Source of the DNA: Tubiluchus corallicola
Taxonomy: Eukaryota; Animalia; Priapulida
NCBI GenBank assembly: GCA_030141605.1
Contig: JAQGDQ010000712.1
Location: forward strand, 44,665-108,664
Length of the DNA stretch: 64,000 nucleotides
Reading direction: 5' to 3'
In this document: positions 12,506 through 27,500 of the stretch, piece by piece
Layout: each line of letters starts with the position of its first letter
How positions within the stretch are numbered: the stretch's first letter is position 1
Notes under the pieces: generated by a model
What the model was told of the DNA's origin: nothing
Databases searched by the model: none
Seen by the model: the letters and a program-made list of their open reading frames with translations, nothing else
Position numbers and translations under genes: made by a program

Positions 12506-15500
12506 CTTTTATTTGTATAAAATTTTATACAGCAGTGATTTATTAGTGTAGACAATTAATTTTGTACTGAACACCCCTTTCACACTAAATGTGTAGTTTC
12601 TGTTGAAGCCAAGTTATGCATTTGGCTTGTATAAAAGTGGCCTTCGCTGTTTTTTTACTCATCCAGTTAGTTTAATCCACACTCTATTTCTATTTCATCA
12701 TTATTTTTGAACTCTATTTCATGTAGTTTGCCAGTAACAGTATCGTTTTTCTTACACATCATCGTGTTGTTTCGTGTGTGGTGTCAGAAGAGTTATAGTT
12801 TGCTTGGCCTCCGCATCTGCTGGTACCAAACCAACCTGGGTAGTTTTAGCCCTTGTAGGTGAGGTACCCCCCCCCCCACAGTTCAATACAATAAATAATA
12901 ATAAATAATTTTTGTTAGTAATTAAAAAAGATGATGAAGTCCATACATATCGTGATACATACTACATCTAGTTGCTTACACATTCATGAAATGCTTTTCT
13001 ATCTTTTCTTTTTACATTAAAATTAAAGCAAAGTGACTGTCTTTAAATCAACATCTGAGTCATTCACAAAATACACATTGTTGGTATAAGTACTGATTGG
13101 AATATGAATTCTTCTTAAAAAGCCCAATTTATGACTGTCAATCACAAAATTTGCTGCCCTGGTACCACAATAATACATACGTAGTTTTACACTTTTGTTT
13201 TGTTTAAAGTCAAATATTTTCTATAGACACAGTTGCAACTTACTATAATTACATTCGCATCTATAATGGAAATGCCACCAATTTCACACCCGTACAAAAA
13301 AATAGGAAGACAACAAGAACTAATTAACTATTGGGTTGCGTTTGGGCCCCATTGCCAACAAAATACAATTTAAAGACCCAAAATATTGTAATCAATATTT
13401 CAAGTTTCAATCTTGTAATGTCAACTGCAAAGTCTTTAAGATATTATCTGCTGTGTATAAACGACTGATGATATAGATGGTGCACGACAATTTCCTGCTT
13501 ATATAGAGTAAATGTGAGTTGTTTAGACAATCTTAACATTTTGACATTACTTCAGAACATTTTGTTGTCTGTAATTTTTATTTGTTTGTATGTTTTTGAG
13601 CATCTTATGCTGATTTGTTTCCGGTCATTAATTCATTACTTTACTTCTTAGTTCAAAAGGTGTGTACCATGGTATTCTTTATATCTTTTTATTAGTATTT
13701 TGACCCATTTTGTGTTTTCATGCACACTCTAAAAGTGCAACATTGTGGGTTCAAGTCCTGATCAGGCCGCAATTTTTCATCACCGTCCACTTGTATGGGA
13801 GGAAATAGGATGATATGTACATGTAGATGAAGAAATTCTCTGTGTAATTATTTAACTCCTGGTAATTTTTGTTTTCAGAAACGCGGCAAAGATTACAACT
13901 GATCACCATATTTACAATGAGTGTGAGATATCATCCGGCAGATATCACGTTAGCTGTTACCTGCAATATGCTGCAGCTACTTTCTAAGTAAGTCATCCAT
14001 TCACAAACTTTACATAATTGATTTAATTTTGTTTTCTGCTGCTTGACTTACAATTGAAAATTTATTATTATCTGATGTATACACGGCCAAATTATGACCT
14101 TTTGAGGCCGCTAGGCTAATGAAATTATGGCCCTCCCTCATATGGAGCCGCCTTCTGACTAGCCCACTCATGTCTTAAATAGTTTTTACTCCAGATATAT
14201 TTTAGTGACATTTACATAGCTTGAAAAAACTTATAGCAAATTCTGTAAATAAACTAGAATAACTGTCTTTTGTTTGTCATATTCCACTATTTTACTTATT
14301 TATTGCAAACAAAGTTAGCCAATATTTCAACACAAAAAGAGATTTTTTTACCAAACATTACGAAGGTTGACGGGCCTGCAACCTGTACTAGCCTATAGAT
14401 AATCCGTCCCTGGATGTATACGATTAGTTCTGTTATTAGCACTGTGATACCTTAAGTTTATTGCTGAGAAAGGAGAATTTAGATATTGATGTGCCTGAGT
14501 GTTGAACTCGTGTTTTTGTGTCATATCTTTATTTCTAGTAGTTTCCGACTGATAGGGATAAACTTGACTTCGTTTTTCAAAAAATCAGTCCTGAGAAAAA
14601 TTTTGAATTTGCAAATTGCCAATTTGATAAAGCAGAAGACAGGAACTCTGCTTCTTTCACAGCATTTCTTGCTTTTTCTTTTCAAATGTAAACTGAAATA
14701 TTTATCAATAAAGTTGATACAGTGATCTTATCTATCTTAAAACCTCTTGTGTTGGTTTGTTTTTAAATATTCAGCATTTCTTGCTTTTTCTTTTCAAATA
14801 AAAATTAATTGTTTTTGTAAAACAGGTGAATTTCTGAATTTAATCTTCTTGAAATACGAGTACTGTATCCAACCAGCACATCACATTCTAATTCTTACAC
14901 AAACTTGCTTTTACTAGGTAAAAAAACTAACTTTAATGTGTGTTTGTAGTACTTACGGTGCCCTAATTTAACCGTATTTCTTTGTTTCCTAGATTGTGTG
15001 GAACAATGGCGTCGGTGAAAAATCAGCCGCTGTTATACATTGGGTCCAGTCAATTGCCAGCTCTGCTGAGAGTTGGCAGTGTGAGGCTCCTTCAGATTTT
15101 GGCGGTAGCAACAAGGTCAGTGCAGGCAGAGTTTTCATTGCTTAGTGTTGCTTTGTGATTAGTTCAACAGAGTTGAACGTTAACTTTATGCAAATGCATA
15201 AAATGACTATTGCAACTTGGTTATTGAACTCTATCGGTTTTAAACTTAAAACTAGTAGACAATGTTTTTGACGTGGTCAGAAACTGAAGATTTTGCAATC
15301 AATAGTTACAGAATTAGATTTATTATTATTAATTTACTAAATATATCCACAACGATCATTACAGCATTGTACATAAAAGATCTTGAAATGGTCAGAGTTT
15401 TTTGTTTGTCATAATTTTGGTTTTATTAATTTCATGTTGCTTCACTTCCTAGGACTTGCACATTTTTCAATGAAATTACAACTGGTAACTTTTCAACCAG

Positions 15501-18500
15501 TGAACCATGGGTCAATGGTCAACCAATCTCCTGTCAACCCATACCATTCAATTTGTCTCATCGTGACCTTTCATTTTATTTGCTTACAAGTTATTGTCGC
15601 TCGACACTCGCAGTATTTCTGTCCCCAACCTCAAAATTTTGGTTTTTGCCCTCTAGCAGAAAATTTTCTCAAGGCACATGCCTGTGGCCCATTTTCAGTC
15701 GTACACAAGGCCTCGACCCAACCTAACTACGTACAAACACTGTGCCTCTAGTGATATAGGAACAGTGATGTAAAAACTATAGTAGCAGATAGAATAGTAA
15801 ATGAAACCCGCCCACTCCATGACCCAATCATGTAAGAACATAGTTCTCTTTACCTAGAGAGTGCTCGCACTGAATTTGTTGTCCCAAGCCCTCTGAGTCT
15901 AAAATGTTACTAAAATTGAGCACCCAGGATTTTGCAATTCGACCTTTCTTAGATGTTTAAAAATTTCAAACTTAAGACTCCAGGTGCACATTTACTGCAT
16001 ATCACCTAAGCACTTGTTAAAAATGTTGAGAAAGCTGAAAACCCTAGGAGCAGTTGCAAATTAATTGGAAAACTGACCAACCTGATGAGGGGTCAGGTGT
16101 TATCCCCATGTTGTCCTTCGCCTGCCCACAACTGCCCACCTTGTCGATTATATGATCTTAACTTGCACACTTGACAAGGTATTAAGCAAAATGTTTGTGG
16201 GGAATAAAGAATACAAATACAAATAAAAATAAGAATAGTAATAACTGTATGAATTCAAGAAGATTCTGCTATAGGAAAATCTTAATTAATATTGGCTTCC
16301 TCATATCCATCATATAATTTGCAAAAGTTTGCAGGTTCAAGTCGCACTTTATGTAGTACGCTTCAGAATTTTTACCCCTTTTCATTAATACTGAAACTTG
16401 CCCTTCAAGTTTGCCTTTTACCATAAGTTTCCCTCCAGGTTGAATCTTTAACTTATTAAGTACCCGTTGATTAATGCAAGATTGTTTCTCTTTCTTAGTA
16501 TTTATGCTGACAAGTTGAACACTACCGTGGTACAGGCCGTGGTCGACCTCTTACAGACTCACTTGCTGCAAGCATTTAAAATTTGCTGCGGTTGTGACAT
16601 TCAGCTACTACAACTACACTCATTTGTGTCACAAGAGGAACTTTTCTCTCCGTGTGGGAAGGAAGAGCCCTCTACTAGCAAGAAAAGTAAGTAAAATCAT
16701 TCTTGTTATTTCACTGCACTTTGTTGGATGATGTCTTTATGTTGTTTGTTTCCCAAATGACTTGCTAATTATTGTCAACATTATCACCATCATCATCGTC
16801 ATCATTGTCGCATCAATATGGACTTATTTATGGTCATAACATGTCCCCTCGTCATTATCATCATCATCACCACCATCGTCCTCGTTATCAATAATTGTTA
16901 TATCAGCATTGTGATCATCATTATCATCATCATTGTCATCTTCACAGTCATCATCATCGTTGTCATCAACATTATATCAGCATCGTGATCATTATTATCG
17001 TCATCACTACCATCTTTAAGATTCTACAGAAATCAGTTTGCTTTGTTTTTTTAGAAGAGGTCAGCAGACGTGTTGCGGAGATTGCACTTGCTGACTTCCT
17101 GGTATTTCTGCACTGGATTGCAACATCTAAAGACATACAGCACTTGATGGTGACTCCGCAGTGGATATATTTACTGCTTAGTATTACCGGGCATAAACAA
17201 ACAGGTTAGCAAATACTTCTGTGTTGAATGTCTGTGACTGCATTTACTTCACTACTGTCCCTTTTCGAGTATTGAGTGCCCAAAATAAACAAGTATGTGC
17301 GTGATTACAGCGAGTAGTAGTATTTCTACAGTAGGACAGTCATTAGGTAATAGGGATGAGCATCGAACATTTGACTTCGAACGTTTTTATAAATTCGAAC
17401 GACTTTTTGAGTTCGAATTTGTGAACCTAAAATTATGGATTATAATAATTCAGCTCTTAAACTACATGCATTCTTTATCATTAAAATGTTTGAAACATCA
17501 GTGCAATCAACACAATTTAGCTGTGGTTTTTGCACACAATTTTTAAAGAAATTATTAGTATTTTTACTGCAGAATAAAATCAAGTAATATGCATGATTTT
17601 GTGAAACTGCTTTATATTAATGGCTCGAAAATTTATTCGCAAATCTTTTAAAACTGAATTCAAATTCAATTTGGACTCAAAATCTCAAAATTCGATTTGA
17701 TTCAAATTCGTAAGTCACAAATTCGATTCGATTCGCATTTGCTTTCTGATAGAGAATGCTCGCCTCCTTTATTGGGTAACAGTGGTCTGCCTTGGCTGCT
17801 ATGTTTTCAAAGGAATGGCATAGCAAATATATATAGTACTGTATAGCAAATTTTATAGCTGCAAACATGTTTGATTTTACTGAAATGGGCAAAACTGTAA
17901 TCAGATTTTTTGATCTTGGACATCTGTGTTATGAAATCTTCATTATAGGTGGATTATTAGTTGAAAACATGAGAGTCCAGCTCCTGGCACTGGAGCTCCT
18001 AGAAGTGATTTTGCCAGCTTGCAATGGCGAGAAGTCTGATTGCATCAAGATGATTTGCTCCCAACTTTTCCAGCATGTGGGAGACAACATGTGGAGAGCA
18101 CCATTTGCCATGGCTAAGCAGCAGGTTTGTGTTTTCGTTTGTTATACAGGTCGTTGTTCACTTGCACCTTATGCATTTTACGACTTTATATCTTCAGTTT
18201 TCAGTTTTATTAAAGCTCAAAATGTTAACTGAAATGTTTCCACAACTAATTTGTGGAGTTGGAAAGCTGTTTAGCTGCCAACATTCACAGTTTTGTTTTG
18301 TATGCGCTTCTTTTGCTCTTGTCGAATGAACATATAGGGTCTTTGCAGTTACAATTGCAAAAGGAAGTGAAATAAGCTTAAAGGCTTGAGCCAATGGCTC
18401 TTAATTTAGAAGCCACAAATTTTGCATTGGCAACCAGTGCTCAAGTCTACACAGATATGGTCTTAGCTAGCTTATCATGCAAAATTAATGTAATGCCAAA

Positions 18501-21500
18501 ATACAAAATTAAAGTAAAACAGTTGCCTGAGTCCACTTTGTCACGTTTTATCATAATGCACTTTATTCAAATGTGAGTAAGCTTTTATCAACAGACTTAT
18601 TTGTGAAGAAAACCAGTAAAAATATACCCAAACCAAGGTTCCAACCAGTCACTCTAGAATTTTTCCAATTACTTATCGTCTCATTTAAGTTTTTATTTTT
18701 AGGCTAGAGAGAAGGAGAAAGATCTGTACAGAAACATTGCCATCCTCAGCAGTGCAGAGGAACCATCATCTCCACCTCCGGAAGCTCTGTATGCAGAACA
18801 AATCATTCCCACCCATGAAGCTGCCTTCGATCCAGACAAGTGCGTGTGCTGTACAGTGGAAGGTGGCAACACCCTGGTACATGCCCACAGCGCTAGGGGA
18901 TACGGGCTTGGAAACATAGCCATCAAATCCGGCTGCTACCAGTGGAAGGTAAACAATGTCCAACAACTTACCAAAGTTTCTGTAGCTTACTTCAGGCCAG
19001 TTGAATTTATTTTCGTCTTTAGTCATTCATAATTGATTGTTACTGTTTTTCCATTATTTACATAACAGTAATTGTTCTACTGCAGTTTGGAGCTGCGAGT
19101 GAAACTGGTAGGGACATCTGTTGATGATTTGCTTCGTCTTCTGTTTTTACAGTTTCATATCGTCAAAGAGAATCGTGGGAATGAGGGCACATGCATCGGA
19201 GTGTCCAAATATCCGGTGAAAGACAACAATCACAGGAGCACCTCCGACATGTGGCTGTACCGAGCTTATAGGTATGGTATTTGCAATCGTTGTGTTATGA
19301 AACAAATGAATTGGAAACTTTATTTTATGGTTTGGTTTAAAAAGGTTGTAGATAGTGTTACTGTGCCAAATGGTAGAAAACAGTTGGATAATAGAAATTA
19401 TTAGCATGTATATACTGCCGAAGCCTTTTTTTGCTATTTGTCCACTCTTTTCAAGTCTGTTGACAAGACATTACTTTTCGTGTTTGTAAGTAGGAGCAGA
19501 ATTACTTCTCAATTTCCAGAGAAAGACTAATGTGCTCTACAAGTTATAGACTTGACAGTAGATGCATGGTCACTACATGGGTTTAGGAAAAGATCTAGAT
19601 GTAACAAATAATTGATGGTGCCAAATTCTACATAACAGTACACTAGAGAATGAAACTAAAGATGCATGCAAACTGTGGTAAAATGCATTGTCAATCAAAT
19701 CTTCTTTCTAGTCACGGTTGTAAAGCTATTTTGAAGTTAAACTTATTTAGTGAACAGCAGTTACTAAGCATAGTAGAGGCAGGGAAAATCACTTCAGTTT
19801 TTTTTTTGTTCTTTTTTTCTCAATTTCACTTTTACGCTTCATACTGTGTATCCAATTGCAAACATGTTTACTTTTTTGCTTCTCATGTAGCGGCAATCTG
19901 TATCATGGAGGTGAACTGAGTCTCACATTGCCCGGTTATACTCAAGGAGATTATGTCACTTGTGTTTTGGACATGGAGGCACACACTATTGCATTTGGCA
20001 AGAACGGAGAAGAGCCGCGTATCGCATTCGATGATGTTGACACAACAGAATTGTATCCTGTGGTGTTCTTCTACAGCAGTAATCCTGGTGAAAAGGTATC
20101 TGTTGCTTGCTTGCTTATCTGTTTACCTGCTTCTTTTGTGTACAGTAAATCCTCACTTAACGGTGCTAATGTGTTCCAACAAAATGCGGTGATAAGTGAA
20201 ACCTCGTTAAACGAAACCAAAACTTCCATAGAAATGTTATGTAAAAAGAATTGGGATAAATTCCAGAGGCAAAAATCAATCCTGCTTAAGTCATATAAAT
20301 TAAACGTTTTGTGAGTTTTACTCATGTTTCTATTAATTAATTTCTTTCTGCTTGCTTGAAACCTATATATCTTAGTTACCTAGCTAGCGGTTTCTCTTTA
20401 GTTGACTTTCAACTGTTTAAATCTGGGCAGTGGTTAAACAATAAACACTGCAGCAGAGTGGGAATTTTATCTAGAAACTCATTACGCACTAGACTGGTTG
20501 CTATAACAACAGGTTGCAGGCAAAATTGTTTCGCATAAAGTTTGCTCCTTGGTTTTACTTTATACAAATGGCTAGCATTGAATTAGTGGTCAGTCGGGAA
20601 GCAAAAACGTATGTACTTATATAATAATTGCAGTTTTTACATTACAAGTGCGTTTTTAGAACGCAATAAGTACTGTTTTAAGGCATCAAATTAAATAAAA
20701 AAGTTGTTGATATAATATAAATTGGCTTTGTGCAAAGCAAAAAAATCATCGTTAAAATGAAGCTGTGCATCATTAAGTGAAGAAAAAGTGTCAAATGGTC
20801 AGCATCGTTAAAACGAAACGTTGCTAGATGGGGATTCGTTAAGCGAGGACTTACTGCATTTTGTATTAATAATTTACCTGTGTAAATTCCAAAAAATGAG
20901 AGCTATAAGATTGCTTGTTGTTCAAACTGCACTTTTGCCAGACTTTCATTCGATTTATGTAGATATTAATTAACACTTTTATAATCCACAAAAGACAAGG
21001 ATGTATAGCAATTTCTGGCATGCAGTGTGCTAAAGACAGTTGTTTTTCTTGTTGCATTTAGCTTCATGTGTTCAGTAATTAATATAGATATTTAATAGTG
21101 AAAGTACCAAAACTGCACCTTGTCTAACATTGTTTTTTATGAGATATTGACTCGTTTCATTTAGTATGTTCTGTTTGTGTTTAGGTAAAGATAACAGATA
21201 TGCAAATTCAAGGCGTTCCAAGAGAACTTCTTGCAGGCGATCCATCTTGTGCACCTTTGAACATTGTCCTAGTGGAAGCTAACATTAATCTTATTCGCAG
21301 GTATTTATGCAGCTAATGTGATTCGTTGGGGGCATTTAAAATGTACATTCTTAATATGAAGATTGTTTGATATTCTTTATGTGTTACCGTGTTTGCTTTA
21401 AACATCTGTGTAGAACAGTGTCATCAGAAAATGTATTTTGCCTGCCTTAAAGTAGCCTAACATGTTGTGTCATAAAAGTGATAATGATAATGCTAATTTA

Positions 21501-24500
21501 TTTATAGAGTGCAGAAATCGACGAATTATTGTCACCAACTGCGCTATAAAACAGGTTAATAGTTAAAAATGACTGCAATAAAAATAGAAGCATACAATAA
21601 AAATTCACTAGGCAAAAGTAAAGAGGTATCTAACATAGAATAATATTGTCAGTATAAAGTAAAGGTTCAGTTGATGCAGAAATCATGTCGTAAGATTTGT
21701 AAGTATTTTAGACATATTTTCCTTCAATCTACCCTTTGTTCATTGTGGATGCTGAGAATGGAGTGAATGTTTGAAATTTTAACAGATTTCTAAAATCATT
21801 ATTTGTGCATATTAAACCTTTGTTTTAAAATTAAACATTTTTATGTATTTACTAACTGAACTGATTTTTTTCAGGCTGCATAGAGAGCCGCGATGGACGT
21901 CTCACATAAACAAAGAAATCATGCAGCGCTTGTCACAGTTAAAGCAATTGGTACTGGCCGTACGCGAGACTTTCCAGTTTAATAAGGAACCACTGCACAG
22001 GCGACGGAGTGAGCCACTCATTAAAACTAGCGATAAAGGTACGATGGGAATACGATGGAACTGTAGCAAGTTTTCTCATTTTCTGATTGCATTTACAAAA
22101 AATTTTTTCGCAAAGTAGCTACAGCTTGACCTTTTTTTGTTAATGAGGTGGGAATTCCTATTTTTTTAACACATCTAGTGTCGTCGCTTAATTATTTATT
22201 TGCCCTGCTAGGCAATAAAATCGGGACATATAACATGGTACCAGACGAATTTAATGCCAGCACAATGCTTGGATTTGTAGTGACTGATAACGATTGTGCT
22301 ACCATATCTTTTGCACTTAAGAAATTTTCTAATGGAAGACGATAAAACTAACCAGAAACTAGTTATGTTGCTCGCTTCTTATGCCACACCTCGGCTTCCT
22401 AGCTGCTCTACAAGTAGAGCTGTGGTCTTTTTTCAAATTAACATGGCACTCGGAAGAGCGCAGATTCCCGCCAAGGTCTGCAAAGTATCATTTTCTAAGC
22501 TGCACATTCGCTTAGGTTAGGATCAGCGTATGTCACCAAATGCTCTGACACCATCTCCTTAATGATGCACACTCTTGCTTTTTGCATAATGGTGATGTCA
22601 CTTAGAATGTTCCCAGAAACATAACATGGACGACAACACTGTGAAATAAGTAAGTTACTTTGCAAACGAATAACCAAACAATTGTTCAATATTTCTTCAA
22701 TTAAGGACTTTTTGTAACTGAAAATTGCTGTATAATTGACAGACACTATTTGTTCAATAGGAAGCCTGTCTGTTGGCAAGCGAGATTTCAAGGAAGCCAT
22801 GGAAGAGAAACCATGGAAAGACAAGGAGAAACGGGACTGGAGTCAGGAGAAATTGGACCGCATGGGTGGTGGTGAAGGGTTGAACACTTTGTGTCACAAA
22901 GTAAGTACCTCTTGCCACTGTTTAAGTTGTAGTTTTCTTCGTTACAACAATAGTGATGACAATGGTGACAGTGACAACTATAACGATAGTTACAGTGATG
23001 GTGACAGCAATGAAAAAGCAACAGCGAAATTCATGCCCATACATAGAGATTGTATCAAGTAGAATACTGCTCATTATCTTTTTGTCCTCACAGTCGATTT
23101 TGGTCAGTAGCTATTTTTAGATTTATGGGAAACAAGAATTCTTTGAAAATATTACTTTAAATGTGGCCCAATTTAGGAGAAGATTTCAGTTTTTATATTA
23201 TGGAATCTTTGTTACAAAATGCAAAACAACAGAAACAATTGTATGATGAGGTCATTGGCAAAGTCTTACTATGGTTTGTTTTATTTTACTTTTTGTAAAA
23301 TAAAAATGGCATGCTCTGCATTGTAGGTGTGGCCTGCTCTTGCTGTCATGGGCGGAGTCGATCACGGTTTGCGTGCGGGCGGAGGTTGCTATCATTCCAT
23401 AGCCGGACGTCACGGGATTATTCTCGGCGTAATAAAGGAGGGAGCTTCTGTGGCTAAAGTGCAATGGGAGGAGGGTGACATGGGGTTGAGGTGAGCATTG
23501 AATACTTATTTTTTATGAGTTTTTGAGAAATAATGCATGTACTTCGAATTTGTGTGTATATTGTTTATATTTCATTATGTGTGTTTCATATTTCATGTGT
23601 TTTCAACTTTTTATAACACTTTTACAATAATACACATGACTATGATAGATGTCAAATTTTCAGTTTTATTTTGTACTTATATAAGTTGTAGCATGAGGCA
23701 TTAGACTCAATCTCATTTTAATTTACTGTCCAAAATACACATTTCTTGCCTATGAAAGTTAGCAGTTTCTAATATTTGAAGAATTACCTTGGAAAGTTAA
23801 TGGCAACCGAACACAGCTATATCTTACGTCACATACTAATCACAGTTTGTGTAGTGGTATCTTCTCTGTGTGTCAAGCATGTTTGCGTAAGGGAAGATTG
23901 CTATAAGATGCTGATGCAATTCACTAAAATGAGCTCTATGTCACACTGATGTCACAGAACACTGCTGTTCATGATCATGCTTATCACTGTACCATGCCTA
24001 TTTACCGGTCATGTGAATGTGACAAATAGGTTTCATTGCCACTCTTACTGGATTTGCTGAGCCGTGCGAAGCTTTGAAAGTTTAACGAAATTTACCTATC
24101 CGAGGTAATTATTATTTAGTTTAAGCTTTGATTTAAAAAAGCTGTGTGGTTTTCAGTATTTTAGAGCATACTTTATTTTGAACTAATGTCTACACATCTC
24201 TGTGATAAGAAATGCCAAGAAACTGAGGTTTATTTTAAAGGGTGGTTCATATTTCTTACAGTGATACAAGTTTGAGCATGCTTGAACCTGTCCTGCCGAT
24301 GTCGTTTGACGCTTCTAGCTTATCAGAGATGTCCCCTCAGGTACTGCTCGACCTGATCCAGTTGACAGGTGTGACAGAAGAAGCAAAACACGGTGATGTG
24401 GTCAGATCAAGTTCCAAGAAACTTCATCTAGGTATGACGTTTTTTTATATAAAATACCAGATTCTGCTGAGCTAATTCATGTACGGATTGAACTCATTTT

Positions 24501-27500
24501 ATTATTTAATAACAGAGTTACTATCATGCCTGAAGTGAAACTATCATACCAGAGAAACTTTAGATGGATTTCTATCTGTTTACTTTCAGAGTGTTTATAA
24601 TAATTTTGTCAGACAAACCACACCATTTAAATGCTATATTATCATGCATTTTTTCAGCTTCGATCTATTAGTTGCATTGTTTGTTCACACTTTAGATGTT
24701 GTAGAAGAGTTTATCGGCTCTTGCGAATTGGGCAACGTGCAGACGTGCGATTCTCAGAGCGAACCAGATCTGAGCGCAGAAGTTCCTAAAGCAGTCGTTA
24801 CGTCTGCATCCAGCGACAGTGACATACGTCTGCAGTCGGTGGAATCGATCAGCACTCGTCTTGTCACAGACATAATGCAGAGCTCAATGTCAACAATGGA
24901 ACAGAAGACTTCACAGACATCCACTGTCTCTCCAGGAAACCACAACCAACTGGATCGTCAAATGGAATTCGAGCCAGGTGACTGCGTGGATGCCTCAGAA
25001 CGGTGTCAAACACCAACCGTGCGTCTGGCACAGGAGTTCCTCCGCAAGGAATGTGCCGGAAAGTCCAAAGAGAATGAACTGCCGATAATTATCGCAGTAA
25101 ATATGCAGATGGCAGCACTGAAAGCCCTCAGCGCGTTGATGAATTGTGGAACGTACGCGGAAATGATTCTTGTTCCATCAACTTGCACAGAAAAGCAAAG
25201 GTCTGAAAGCACGGATTTGAAGTCTGCAGCTAGGGCGATCATGAAGTACATGGTGAAAAGAGCTGTTTCTACGTCGTCGATAAAGCGGAATGTTTCCGTG
25301 ACGGACATAGAGAGAGTACACAGTGTGATTTACAAGAACGCTATACACGTGCAGGCAGAAGATGAGACTGATGTGAAAGATTTTGAAGGTCAGTATGCTA
25401 CGTAATATGAAATCGCAGCTCTACCTAAGTCATTATCAAGGAAATACCTCTAAGATGAGTCACTAAACCAACAGAAGTATCGACTTCATTCAGATGTATT
25501 TTCATCCACCTTCTATTAGATAAACAGCCGTTAATGAGTGTTGCATCCAGACAGGCACATCTGGTCATACCAGGCGTGCGTGCACCTGTCCACTCAGTCG
25601 TGCATCTGCCACAAACCGTTCATATCAAAGCTGCTCTTCTTGCTCCAAAACTTACTCTTTTTTTACCAAAAATGAGGTGATATTTGTCTAATTTCCATGG
25701 TTTAATTATTATACAGAAGCCAAAATTTCCTCAGCTGATTTTCAAAAAGTGTGTAGCACAAATTTTTGTTAAAAATTGCTAATGACCAATCTACGTTGTC
25801 AGTTAAGATGGGAGCTATGTATTTTTTGATGAGATTATGACCAGCGTTTACCACTGTGACTGTTTGCTTAATAGAAGAAATTTATGTATAAGGATGCTAG
25901 TTAAATTATCAATAGGAAATGCAAAAAACATTCCTGAAACTAAATTTGATGTTTATATGGCATATGTTTAGCAAATAGTAAAAAAAATTTGTATAAAAAA
26001 GTACTAATTATACGTTCGTGTTTTGTGTTATGATTATCTGAAATTGGTTATGCTGCTTGTGATTGAGCAATTTCCTTTGCAACTGAAAGATCTTCATTTT
26101 TTGCCAATTTGAACCAAAATCTTGAAATTCCAAAAGAACCTGTTTTAAGAAACCGTATAAATTTACGTTAGGGTTGACTTGAATTTGAACGTATTTACTC
26201 TGGGTCTCCCATTTATAAGGTACCATTCAGTTACCTGAGGTTTGAAAACTCTGGGGGTTTCTGGTGCAACTAGGTATACATTAAAATTGTTTCTTAGTTG
26301 TTACACGGGTAGCCATTTTTATAAATTTCAGTCATTCCTTATTGTCTAGAAAAACTAAAGATGCTGAAGAAGCGTGTGGTGGAACCGAGGGTGTTGAGCC
26401 GGGATGCCATGCCCTCTAGAGACCCTCAACATGGAGAATCAAGTTTGTCCCAAGATGAGCAGCATATGATGGACTATGGCGACGAGGACATGCAGCAGCC
26501 CAGTCCTTCTGCTTTGTTGCAACAGGTACGTGTGTGCGTCCCGTGCGATTCATAATCATTGTATGTGATTTTATTCATTGTATTCATTTACCTAGTGTAA
26601 AGTAGAAGGCATTTGCTTTCGAAATGCTGCATTGGCTGTCTTGCTGTGGAGTGAGTATTTGCCTTAGTAAGAGTTTTGACATTTATTGTGTATATACTGT
26701 GCACTATTAGTATAGGCCTGTAGCGTGCCCTGAATATGTGTGCGGTGTTGTAGCAGACGTATCATGTAACGAGTTGTATTTCTGACGTCTCAATAGTTTT
26801 GTTGATTACGTTATGACTGTGAATGCCAGAGTGAATATAATTTTTGCAGTTTATTCTTAACAATTATTACCCATAGTAGATAATGAGTTGGAGAAAAAAG
26901 GAGATGCTGAATAATTGTGGACTAGTTGGGATTTGAACCAGAGACCTGAGATAAGTACACTGCCATGTTTTGCCAACTGAGCTACCAGTTCAACATGACC
27001 TAGCAGATTTGAGATTTCCTCCTTGTAGCACACAAGCCAACTGCGCCACCTATACCCACCTATCATATCAACTTTTTTTCGGTCTCGGGTTCAAGTCCCA
27101 GCTGGTTCTGAATTTTTCAGTGCCTCCTTTCTTCAACTCATTACCAGCAATGGTTAATAAACTGCTAAGGTTTATGAAAATTCTGACATTCACAGTCGTA
27201 AGCTAATTAGTCACTTCGTTAATTTCCAGCTAATTTGAAAAAAGTTGGTGCAATAGTTTTGTGCTACCATAACATTGTTGAACATTCCTTGCCTGCGAAC
27301 TTGATGCCATGTCGGAGTTTAGCTACAAGATGTATTCGCAATTTTTAGCATCAGTCAGAACAAACAATAACAAATGCGGAAATGTAAATTGTGACTGTGC
27401 TACAATCAATGGGTGTCCAGCAAAGTTACACAAAATAAAAACATGCACAAATGTGTTTTTTAACTTCTTTAATAATGCAGCAGAAAACTTCCACACTAGT

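Noticed and set aside
20096-20103. Possible U12 donor (gtatct)
   Set aside because: Does not match GTATCCTT and I saw no U12-type branch site.
22150-22735. Relatively GC-balanced intronic stretch with a minus-strand ORF and acceptor-like site
   Set aside because: Stops interrupt it, with no recognisable domain or exon chain; possibly decayed TE coding sequence but unsupported.
24754-25308. Antisense ORFs overlapping large exons (also at 18699, 32563, 35836, 50321, 51388)
   Set aside because: Shadow frames of HERC1 coding exons with no independent gene evidence.
26915-26995. Possible tRNA gene on the minus strand
   Set aside because: A/B boxes present but no credible cloverleaf; treated as a SINE-like head.
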